Shown: one piece after another, positions 1 to 6,644 of the stretch
Layout of the letters: every line of letters starts with the position of its first letter
Position numbering within the stretch: the stretch's first letter is position 1
Virus record (IMG/VR): IMGVR_UViG_3300045988_110337
Length of the DNA: 50,501 nt
Origin: a virus
Strand: one strand, 5' to 3'
Made by a program: the position numbers and the translations under genes
Notes under the pieces: generated by a model
What the model was told of the DNA's origin: nothing
Seen by the model: only the letters and a program-made list of their open reading frames with translations
Databases searched by the model: none

Positions 1-99
1 ATTTTTTTGTACCTATAGACAAAACTGCAACAAATGCGGATTTTTTGGGCATTCCATGTTTTCTCGCCGACTGCATACGAGTGCCGCTCGTATGGCAAA
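1..99. repeat. Terminal direct repeat copy 1 (identical to 50403-50501); circular-contig overlap, unit length about 50402 bp
   Basis: ATTTTTTTGTACCTATAGAC...CGTATGGCAAA read at both window ends. Confidence 0.9.
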
Positions 100-350
100 A
101 AAGTTTTGAGCGATTTCTCGGTGATACCAAGTTCTTTTGCTATTTCTGCTCGTGTATATCCTTGAGCGGTGAGTTTAGTTACAATCTCGGCGTTACCTTG
201 CGGGATAATGCCGTTGGTTATCAGCACGCGGTTAACGACTTGATAATTTGTTCCCGCCCTCCGAGCGGTCGCGGCAACACTATTTTCCTCTTCGTATATT
301 TCGAGTATTTTTTGTTCACGTATCATTTCGCGCTCCCACTTTTTAACCAT
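1..350 (-). CDS. Small double-HTH DNA-binding protein (aca-like candidate). The ORF runs off base 1 and closes at TGA 50398-50396 on the circular map (about 119 aa)
   Basis: ATG at 350-348, six nt after GGAGG (361-357). Hand translation: MVKKWEREMIREQKILEIYEEENSVAATARRAGTNYQVVNRVLITNGIIPQGNAEIVTKLTAQGYTRAEIAKELGITEKSLKTFLPYERHSYAVGEKTWNAQKIRICCSFVYRYKKIN. Two HTH-like segments (SVAATARRAGTNYQVV; YTRAEIAKELGITEKSL). Absent from the ORF track only because it crosses the window edge. Confidence 0.6.
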   Translation of the reverse strand, partial: MVKKWEREMIREQKILEIYEEENSVAATARRAGTNYQVVNRVLITNGIIPQGNAEIVTKLTAQGYTRAEIAKELGITEKSLKTFLPYERHSYAVGEKTWNAQKIRICCSFVYRYKK

Positions 351-370
351 TGGGTTCCTCCTTTTGATTT

Positions 371-405
371 AATAAACAAAAAAGTCGGAGTTTCTTTACT
401 CCGAC
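371..405 (-). terminator. Rho-independent terminator (minus strand)
   Basis: Minus strand GTCGGAG-TAAAGAAA-CTCCGAC followed by TTTTTTGTTTATT. Confidence 0.7.
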
Positions 406-421
406 CGTGATATTCAAATTG

Positions 422-504
422 CCGTTAGGGATGCCAATCTCAAGCGGATTGACTATAGATCTTGTAGGATCACCCCCGCACACGCGGGGAATTATCCCTA
501 ACGG
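422..504 (-). ncRNA. Folded RNA element: an 11-bp clamp enclosing a CRISPR-repeat-like hairpin and a second small hairpin
   Basis: 422-432 CCGTTAGGGAT is the exact reverse complement of 494-504 ATCCCTAACGG. The interior holds CCCCGC/GCGGGG and CAATC/GATTG stems. Confidence 0.5.
467..494 (-). CRISPR. Solitary type I-E-like CRISPR repeat unit (single copy, no cas genes)
   Basis: Minus strand TAATTCCCCGCGTGTGCGGGGGTGATCC: 6-bp stem, 4-nt loop, and a GCGGGGGTGATCC 3' part as I recall it from Streptococcus/Lactobacillus I-E repeats. Confidence 0.55.
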
Positions 505-553
505 TGACTTAATTATATCTCACAATATCGGATTTGTCAAGTGCTTTTATAAA

Positions 554-856
554 TTAAATTGAGTCATGAGGTGTTATGTACACATTGCCACCAAAAAGAT
601 ACCCTGTTGTCATGTCATAATGAGCTTTAACACCACTTGGATAGCAGACTTTCTTAAGTTTTCGCACTTCTCCATGTATGCATCCGAGTCCTCGGGTAAC
701 TCTGCCTCTTTCGTCACATGGATCATCGCAAAGCCACTTTAAACCGTCAATAAAATCTTCTTTGTTTATGCCTTGGTATTCGTGCCAATTTTGGTAAACT
801 CTTGACTTGTCTTCCTCAACGAGTTTCTTCTTGACTTCAAAATAGTATTTATTCAT
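554..856 (-). CDS. Hypothetical 100-aa Cys/His-containing protein (anti-CRISPR candidate by context only)
   Basis: ORF with AAGGAG RBS, directly downstream of a consensus promoter and upstream of the repeat unit. Confidence 0.6.
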   Translation of the reverse strand: MNKYYFEVKKKLVEEDKSRVYQNWHEYQGINKEDFIDGLKWLCDDPCDERGRVTRGLGCIHGEVRKLKKVCYPSGVKAHYDMTTGYLFGGNVYITPHDSI

Positions 857-879
857 GTTTTTTCTCCTTGTTTTTGTTC

Positions 880-931
880 TTTTGTTTACGCTTATATTAT
901 ACCACCCATTGGCGCATTTGTCAATAGGTTT
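880..931. repeat. 52-bp promoter cassette, copy A (identical to 50322-50373)
   Basis: TTTTGTTTACGCTTATATTATACCACCCATTGGCGCATTTGTCAATAGGTTT present at both sites. Confidence 0.9.
896..924 (-). promoter_or_regulatory. Consensus sigma-A/70 promoter (TTGACA-17-TGgTATAAT), leftward
   Basis: Minus strand -35 TTGACA (924-919), 17-nt spacer, extended -10 TGGTATAAT (904-896). Confidence 0.7.
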
Positions 932-957
932 CGTATAATTTTTTTAGATTTTTTGAT

Positions 958-1215
958 TTATTTTTCGACAACGTTTGTGATTACGTCGTCCACTACTTTC
1001 TCCGTTCCCTCGTCGGATATGGTGACGAGGACGGAAGAGCCGGACGTGATAGACCGGTCGAAATAACTCCACACGTTGCCGTCGTTGGTGACGATGTAGC
1101 CACAGACGCTGTTGACGGCGGTATATGTGCCGCTCTGGTAACGCTCCTGCTTGATGGGAGAGCAGGAGACTATTCCCAGCAGGATGATGAGGGCGAGTGA
1201 TGTAAGTTTCTTCAT
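958..1215 (-). CDS. Small lipoprotein (superinfection-exclusion candidate)
   Basis: MKKLTSLALIILLGIVSC: signal peptide with lipobox IVSC; RBS GAAGAGGT. Confidence 0.65.
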   Translation of the reverse strand: MKKLTSLALIILLGIVSCSPIKQERYQSGTYTAVNSVCGYIVTNDGNVWSYFDRSITSGSSVLVTISDEGTEKVVDDVITNVVEK

Positions 1216-1328
1216 GATTCAAACCTCTTCGAGGATTCCTTTGATTCGATATTTTTTCATTGTTATTTGCTCCATTGCTTTTCGTTTCGCTCTTGCTCTT
1301 CAGAGCCGGACTTTTACCGGCTGACGAT

Positions 1329-1344
1329 TCCCGCCGAAGCGGGA
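1329..1344 (-). other. Intercistronic GC hairpin with UUCG tetraloop
   Basis: Minus strand TCCCGC-TTCG-GCGGGA, with no U tract after it. Confidence 0.6.
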
Positions 1345-1353
1345 TAACTTTTA

Positions 1354-2154
1354 TTATGAAATCGGTTTTGTGACGATGTTATAATAAAAGTTTGTTTCAA
1401 AGTAGTCCACCATGGCGTTTGATTCGTCATAGCGGTATGCGCTGATGATGGAGTTCACTTTTTTGATGGTTTCCATCGTTGCCGGTGTGTATACTTTATA
1501 TTTGTCGAGGTGGTAAACGTTCAATTCGTTCTCAATTTCCGCTTCGCGATGGTATTCCGAGGCTGCCGCGCTGATTCTGATTTTCTCCTGTTCTTCGGCT
1601 GATGTTCGATTGCTGTAGTATTCTCCCACAGATATTGTTTGACTTTTGCCGTCCTCGTCATCATAATAAATCCAGTTTGCGGACGTGGGAATCTGATAAT
1701 CAACGGCAAAATGCTGCTTTGTGACGTATGCGGATTGAGGGAGGGAAAGCGTGACAGTGATTGACTGCCCGCCGCTGTAAGTTTTACAGCGAACAGACGC
1801 ACCCTTAATGCCCGCCGCTTTGATGTCAGCGCGGATGGCTTTTGATAAGTCCGCGCCGTAGAGGTGCTTATCAGACTTTGAGCCGTAGACCGCGCCACCG
1901 CCGAGGTAGCCGTCAGTGTAGACCGTCGCGCCCTCCGTCTTTTCTCCGGTGATGTCCTCGCCGTCTCTGTCTCCGGCGATGATGGCACTAACAAGCTCGT
2001 GTTCCTGCGCGTAGCCGTACCAACAGGACTTGACGTGATTCCAGCGCATTTTTAACGCCTTCAGGGCGTCGAGAGTTGCGCGGGACGGCTTGCCGTCAAA
2101 ATACACCTCTCTGCTATTGTATTTATTATTTTCACGGATTTCGTAATTTGTCAT
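1354..2154 (-). CDS. Hypothetical 266-aa protein
   Basis: Long ORF with AAAGGAA RBS; no signature I can name with confidence. Confidence 0.65.
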   Translation of the reverse strand: MTNYEIRENNKYNSREVYFDGKPSRATLDALKALKMRWNHVKSCWYGYAQEHELVSAIIAGDRDGEDITGEKTEGATVYTDGYLGGGAVYGSKSDKHLYGADLSKAIRADIKAAGIKGASVRCKTYSGGQSITVTLSLPQSAYVTKQHFAVDYQIPTSANWIYYDDEDGKSQTISVGEYYSNRTSAEEQEKIRISAAASEYHREAEIENELNVYHLDKYKVYTPATMETIKKVNSIISAYRYDESNAMVDYFETNFYYNIVTKPIS

Positions 2155-2396
2155 TGTCTTGTTCCTTTCTTTTCGGCTGTCGGAGCTTGTGACCGTCTGC
2201 CGGGCTGCATTAACGGGATTTCTCCCGCCACTCTGCTATATTTCTACGTGCTCGGCGATGTAAATAAAAGTTTGACCTTTGTGCACTTCCAAGATGATAA
2301 AATGTGTCCAATCGATTTTAATTTAGCTTTCCGCGACCCCTTGCGGGGTTTCGGCTGGTTGCCGACCAGCCATCATCAGGCGGAGTTTAGACTAGT

Positions 2397-2588
2397 TTAG
2401 TCTGCGATGTAATATTCAACATAAATATAATTTGTCGTGTCGAATCGGGGACGGAGAATGATGTAGCCTTTGCCAAACTTACCCTTGTAAGATTCGACCT
2501 CTCCGGCTGACTTGCGGGAGATGTAGCCGCGGCGGCTGGCGATGTGGTGGAGCTTCATTGTTTTGGTGATTTCTTCGATGGTTTTCAT
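2397..2588 (-). CDS. Hypothetical 63-aa protein
   Basis: ORF with AAGGAG RBS, downstream of promoter 2659-2687. Confidence 0.5.
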   Translation of the reverse strand: MKTIEEITKTMKLHHIASRRGYISRKSAGEVESYKGKFGKGYIILRPRFDTTNYIYVEYYIAD

Positions 2589-2658
2589 TTTTGTTTCTCC
2601 TTTATTTCATTTTTTATTTTTTGGGGAGTTGCTTTTGCTCTCTCCCTTTGACACTTAT

Positions 2659-2687
2659 ATTATATCACTATTTGCGCAAATAGTCAA
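2659..2687 (-). promoter_or_regulatory. Leftward promoter TTGACT-17-TATAAT (third member of the CAATAGGTTT promoter family)
   Basis: Minus strand TTGACT (2687-2682), 17-nt spacer, TATAAT (2664-2659). Confidence 0.6.
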
Positions 2688-2772
2688 TAGGTTTTGCACA
2701 AATACATCGAATAATATTACACAAATATATTACATCTATTTTGTGCAAATAGTATATTGACATTTGCACATT
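2671..2772. promoter_or_regulatory. Four TTTG(C/T)(G/A)CAAA-type palindromic operator candidates in a divergent promoter region
   Basis: TTTGCGCAAA 2671-2680, TTTGCACAAA 2693-2702, TTTGTGCAAA 2740-2749, TTTGCACATT 2763-2772. Confidence 0.45.
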
Positions 2773-2786
2773 GCGCGTGCTAAAAT
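2757..2786 (+). promoter_or_regulatory. Rightward promoter TTGACA-17/18-TAAAAT
   Basis: TTGACA 2757-2762; TAAAAT 2781-2786. Confidence 0.5.
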
Positions 2787-2810
2787 TGGGGAAAAATGGA
2801 GGTGCTGAAA

Positions 2811-3134
2811 ATGGCAGAATTTGACGCTACAAAATACGCAAACGACTACATAAAGCAATCATACGACCGCATTAATTTAACGACCGAAAAAGGCAAAAAA
2901 TCCCAATGGACGGAGAAGGCGAAAGCGGCGGGGCTGTCGCTCAATGCTTACATCACAAGAGCGGTTGACAACTATGCAGGGATAGAGAATTTTACAAAAA
3001 TAGAAGAAAGAGCGAAAGAAGAAGCGCGTCGGGAAGTCCTGGCGAAAGTCGCGGACGCACTAAAGTCGGGCAAGCAGCCGGACAAATCAGACTTTGACGA
3101 GGCAATAAAAAAGCGGTTGCAAGGTCTTATATAA
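2811..3134 (+). CDS. Ribbon-helix-helix (CopG/Arc/MetJ-like) DNA-binding protein
   Basis: YDRINLTTEKGKKSQWTEKAKAAGLSLNAYITRAVDN fits a beta-strand/helix/helix RHH layout. ATG 2811 lies 6 nt after GGAGGTG (alternative ATG at 2796). Confidence 0.6.
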   Translation: MAEFDATKYANDYIKQSYDRINLTTEKGKKSQWTEKAKAAGLSLNAYITRAVDNYAGIENFTKIEERAKEEARREVLAKVADALKSGKQPDKSDFDEAIKKRLQGLI

Positions 3135-3136
3135 GC

Positions 3137-3168
3137 AAGAGGGGCGCAAGCCTCTTTTCTTTTTGTTG
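3137..3168 (+). terminator. Rho-independent terminator
   Basis: AAGAGG-GGCGCAAG-CCTCTT followed by TTCTTTTTG. Confidence 0.7.
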
Positions 3169-3204
3169 TTAATATTTCAGACATAATTTACTCCCATCCC
3201 ACAC

Positions 3205-3233
3205 TTGACAAACGTATAGTTTAGTGCTATAAT
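3205..3233 (+). promoter_or_regulatory. Consensus promoter of the packaging/structural operon (TTGACA-17-TGcTATAAT)
   Basis: TTGACA 3205-3210, 17-nt spacer, TATAAT 3228-3233 preceded by TGC. Confidence 0.7.
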
Positions 3234-3240
3234 CAATCAC

Positions 3241-3282
3241 GGGGGAGGGGGGGAGAGGAAGAAAAGGAAAGAAGAAGGAAAA
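3241..3282 (+). other. 42-nt uninterrupted polypurine tract at the predicted 5' end of the late transcript
   Basis: GGGGGAGGGGGGGGAGAGGAAGAAAAGGAAAGAAGAAGGAAAA read directly. Confidence 0.9.
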
Positions 3283-3406
3283 CAGCCTTAATATATCACT
3301 ATTACCAATACAGCTATATTATAGTAATAAATGGGATTATGTTAATATACAATATTATTGTTATAATATAGTTATATAATAAATTATACGGAAGGGAGAA
3401 AGCAAA

Positions 3407-4036
3407 ATGAAAGTTGAGCATATAGCAGACTTTGAGGCGCCGGAAGAACTTACAAATGTAGAACAACCGAAGAAGCGGAAGAAACAAGGGCGCAAGACAA
3501 GCAATCACAACAAAGCGATTGCAGCCCGAGAACGTTTGGAGTGTGAATTAAACGGATGTTCGGACCCGAGAACGCCGCTCACCGAAGTAAACCTCGATAC
3601 GCTTACAGCTCTGCAAGAGCTTATGGCGTTGCCGGCTGTTGACTTGGACAGCGCGGACGAGGTCGAGCAGCGTTGCAACGACTATATATCATGGTGCAGC
3701 CGGTATCACGCTTTTCCCTCGCTAGCAAGTCTCGCCGTTGCTCTCGGAGTCGACCGTGTTACACTTATAGAGTGGGGGACTAAGTCGCGTATAGGACAGC
3801 GTCATTCTACAATTATAAAAAGAATGAAGACGCTCATAGCCGCAAACACCGTCCAAAAGGGCGCGGACGGCTCTCTCAATCCCGTATACGCGATGTTTTT
3901 ACTTAACAACAGTTCACAAGGCTTTGCAAATAATACGCGCTTAGAGGTCGCACAAACGCCCACAGAGCAAATAGACGCGCCAAAACTTGATGATGTTATA
4001 GAGATATACGACAGCAAGGACATGAGCGACGTTTGA
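3407..4036 (+). CDS. terS: Terminase small subunit
   Basis: Position upstream of terL. ...FPSLASLAVALGVDRVTLIEW...NPVYAMFLLNN... matches the TerS HTH and C-terminal pattern as I recall it. Confidence 0.7.
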   Translation: MKVEHIADFEAPEELTNVEQPKKRKKQGRKTSNHNKAIAARERLECELNGCSDPRTPLTEVNLDTLTALQELMALPAVDLDSADEVEQRCNDYISWCSRYHAFPSLASLAVALGVDRVTLIEWGTKSRIGQRHSTIIKRMKTLIAANTVQKGADGSLNPVYAMFLLNNSSQGFANNTRLEVAQTPTEQIDAPKLDDVIEIYDSKDMSDV

Positions 4037-4372
4037 GACGCGCCACAAAGCCAAGAGAGCGACATATTCACGATTTTGCGACAGGGCAGGGAAGGACTTA
4101 GTTAAGCGTATAAAGCATTATGAGAGCGTACAGACACACCCAGGCAGACACATATCAAATTGGGCAAAATGAAGATTTTGTATAATTCGGGGAAGAGATA
4201 CCCTATATGCGACACTGGGTGGTTGACGGCTGTAGAGCGGCGGGCGCGTGTTAGCCCCTCAAACATTCTCAAAAGTTAAAAAACTTAGGGCTTTTGTAAT
4301 CAGGACTTTGTAAATGGCTTTGTTCTGTTTTTCGAAAATCGCGCAAAAACAAAAAAGACCTCCGAGGTGTGT

Positions 4373-4795
4373 ATGAGATATGTCGATATATACGTTTTCG
4401 GAGGTTTTATTGAAGATAGCGGAATTGGGTATTGGCAGACACTGTTGAGGTATGGAAAGCGCGAGAAATACATTAGCGGAAGAATCGCCGGATGGAACTC
4501 AATACGGTGTACGATGGTAGCTATAGCCGAAGGGTTGAAAGCATTGAAAGAACCGTGTAACGTTACGGTATATACACAATGTGACTTTATCCCGAAAACG
4601 TTTGAAGTCGGATGGAGAAGGAAAAGCAATCTGGATTTGTGGATGGTAATAGATGATTCTGCGGCTGTTCACACGGTACAGTATAGGTGGTATCAGAAGA
4701 TAAAGTCTGTATTTCGTGATTATTTCAGGCGGACGGAAGAGGTGAACGAGAATGGAAGCACTGCAAGCGGAGATAATGGCGGGCGAACACACTGA
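4373..4795 (+). CDS. RNase HI homolog with substituted catalytic residues (pseudo-enzyme or decaying gene)
   Basis: An ungapped hand alignment to E. coli RNase HI gives LRYGKREKYISG vs LRYRGREKTFSAG and GLKALKEPCNV vs ALEALKEHCEV. Positions D10/E48/D70 read F/T/Q. Alternative GTG start at 4367; the 3' end overlaps terL. Confidence 0.55.
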   Translation: MRYVDIYVFGGFIEDSGIGYWQTLLRYGKREKYISGRIAGWNSIRCTMVAIAEGLKALKEPCNVTVYTQCDFIPKTFEVGWRRKSNLDLWMVIDDSAAVHTVQYRWYQKIKSVFRDYFRRTEEVNENGSTASGDNGGRTH

Positions 4796-6422
4796 TAGGC
4801 GTTATCTTGACGTAGCGGAAAATATTCTTTCTCACATCAAAGCCGAGCCTGAGAACATGAAACATTATACGGCTATGTATTCGGTGCTGTCTTCGATGAA
4901 TAGCTGTGCGGAAAAGTGGCGGTATTCGGAGGTTTTGAAGAGATATTGCACCGAGCGAATTATACAAAATAAATCGAAAGACGCAAGTTCTCTTTTTAAG
5001 GCTGTGCTTTTGCTTGAAGCGCAGGGATTAAGGCTTGACAGCTATATGCAGTATATAGAGCTTCAGCGAGAGCCGGAGAAAAGATTCTGGATTCCGCGAA
5101 GAAAGCAGCTCGAGCCTGTATGCCGCGCAATGCAAAAACTTGTGGACGGAGAACTTGACATATTATCTATATCTGTTCCGCCCGGTTGCGGCAAAAGCAC
5201 GCTTGAAATTTTCCTGCATTCGATGATGATAGGCGCGTTTCCCGACAGCTGTTCCCTTGCTTCGGGACATTCGGGAACGCTTACTAACTCAATATATGAC
5301 GGCGTAAACAGCATTCTTTCAGACCCTGATTATTTATGGCACGACGTGTACCCTGCCGCAGGCACGATTATAACCAATGCAAAGGAACAGACAATAGACC
5401 TCGGCAAGAAACACCGCTTTTCGTCTCTTACCTGCCGTGCTATAGGTGCTTCCCTTACAGGTGCTACGCGTTGTGAAAAGCTTCTGACCGCCGATGACCT
5501 TGTGTCGGGTATTGAGGAAGCATTGAGCATAGACCGTCTTGACAAGCTCTGGACGGCTTACACAAACGATTTGAAGTCAAGAAAGAAGCTGAATTGTAAG
5601 GAACTGCACATTGCTACAAGATGGTCGGTGCATGACCCTATAGGGAGACTGCAAACAATGTACGCGGATTCTCCGAAAGCTCAGTTTCTCGTAATGCCTG
5701 CGGTTGACGAGGACGGCGAAAGCAATTTCAATTACCGCTATGGTGTCGGCTTTGATAAGGCGTACTTCGAGGACATGAAAAACAACCTCGACGATTGTTC
5801 ATGGCGGGCTTTGTTTATGAATCAGCCGATAGAGCGCGAGGGACTTCTCTACAACGAGGACGAACTCAGACGTTATTTTGAACTTCCATCGGATTCGCCG
5901 GACGCTGTTATATCTGTGTGTGACACAAAGGACAAAGGGGCGGACTACTGTGTAATGCCTATTGCTTACCAGTACGGCAATGACTTCTACATCGAAGAAA
6001 TAATCTGCGACAACAGTAATCCCGAAATAGTTGAAACAAGGCTAGTTGAGGTTCTTTTACGGCACAAAGTCAAATTGAGCCGCTTTGAATCAAACTCTGC
6101 GGGCGGAAAAATCGCGGAAAAGGTTCAAAAAGAGGTAAAATCGCGCGGCGGAATCACAAGGATTACTACAAAATATTCGACAGCAAACAAGGCTACGCGA
6201 ATTATAGTTGATTCTCCGTTTGTCAAAGAGCATTTCCTATTCAAAGATAACAGCATTATAAAGAACAACAAAGAGTATAAACGCGCTCTCGGTATGCTTT
6301 GCAGTTATACTATGGCGGGAAGAAACGCACATGACGATGTACCCGACGCATTCTCAATGCTTTCAGACTTCATTCAATCATTTGAGACGCAGACGGTAAG
6401 ATTAATACAAAGACCTTATTGA
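4752..6422 (+). CDS. terL: Terminase large subunit
   Basis: Walker A PPGCGKST; ATRWSVHDPIG; nuclease-domain motifs VCDTKDKGADY and HDDVPDAFSM. Confidence 0.9.
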   Translation: MEALQAEIMAGEHTDRRYLDVAENILSHIKAEPENMKHYTAMYSVLSSMNSCAEKWRYSEVLKRYCTERIIQNKSKDASSLFKAVLLLEAQGLRLDSYMQYIELQREPEKRFWIPRRKQLEPVCRAMQKLVDGELDILSISVPPGCGKSTLEIFLHSMMIGAFPDSCSLASGHSGTLTNSIYDGVNSILSDPDYLWHDVYPAAGTIITNAKEQTIDLGKKHRFSSLTCRAIGASLTGATRCEKLLTADDLVSGIEEALSIDRLDKLWTAYTNDLKSRKKLNCKELHIATRWSVHDPIGRLQTMYADSPKAQFLVMPAVDEDGESNFNYRYGVGFDKAYFEDMKNNLDDCSWRALFMNQPIEREGLLYNEDELRRYFELPSDSPDAVISVCDTKDKGADYCVMPIAYQYGNDFYIEEIICDNSNPEIVETRLVEVLLRHKVKLSRFESNSAGGKIAEKVQKEVKSRGGITRITTKYSTANKATRIIVDSPFVKEHFLFKDNSIIKNNKEYKRALGMLCSYTMAGRNAHDDVPDAFSMLSDFIQSFETQTVRLIQRPY

Positions 6423-6429
6423 GGTGGCT

Positions 6430-6606
6430 ATGGAAGAAGAGAAACACGCGCACCGTCTCAAGTACGTCAAAGAAGACGCGCTTATTATAATCAACGAGAT
6501 TTTAGAACGTGGTAATGACGTTAAAATAAAGAAATCTCGCGAAGAGGTCACTATACTTGAAATAACCGCTTCGAGAAAAGCTAAATACACTATAAAAACG
6601 CTGTAA
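6430..6606 (+). CDS. Hypothetical small protein
   Basis: Short ORF between terL and portal, GAGG RBS. Confidence 0.35.
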   Translation: MEEEKHAHRLKYVKEDALIIINEILERGNDVKIKKSREEVTILEITASRKAKYTIKTL

Positions 6607-6644
6607 CAATCGGGTTGCAGTAAGAGCCGATAGGGGCTATTCGT

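Noticed and set aside
45-410. 121-aa + strand ORF in the track
   Set aside because: It is antisense to the minus-strand HTH gene, which has a strong GGAGG RBS and a sensible protein sequence. The + frame product is Cys/Phe-rich nonsense with no RBS.
467-480. + strand AGGATCACCCCC resembling the 16S rRNA 3' end (GGATCACCTCC), i.e. an anti-SD mimic
   Set aside because: The CCUCC core is changed to CCCCC and the + strand is probably not transcribed here. The minus-strand I-E repeat reading explains the hairpin as well as the flank.
2268-2396. + strand promoter-like TTGACC...TGATAAAAT that could drive an antisense RNA through the 2337-2371 hairpins
   Set aside because: The spacer is 20 nt to the best -10 and other registers are poor. 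The evidence is too weak to call.
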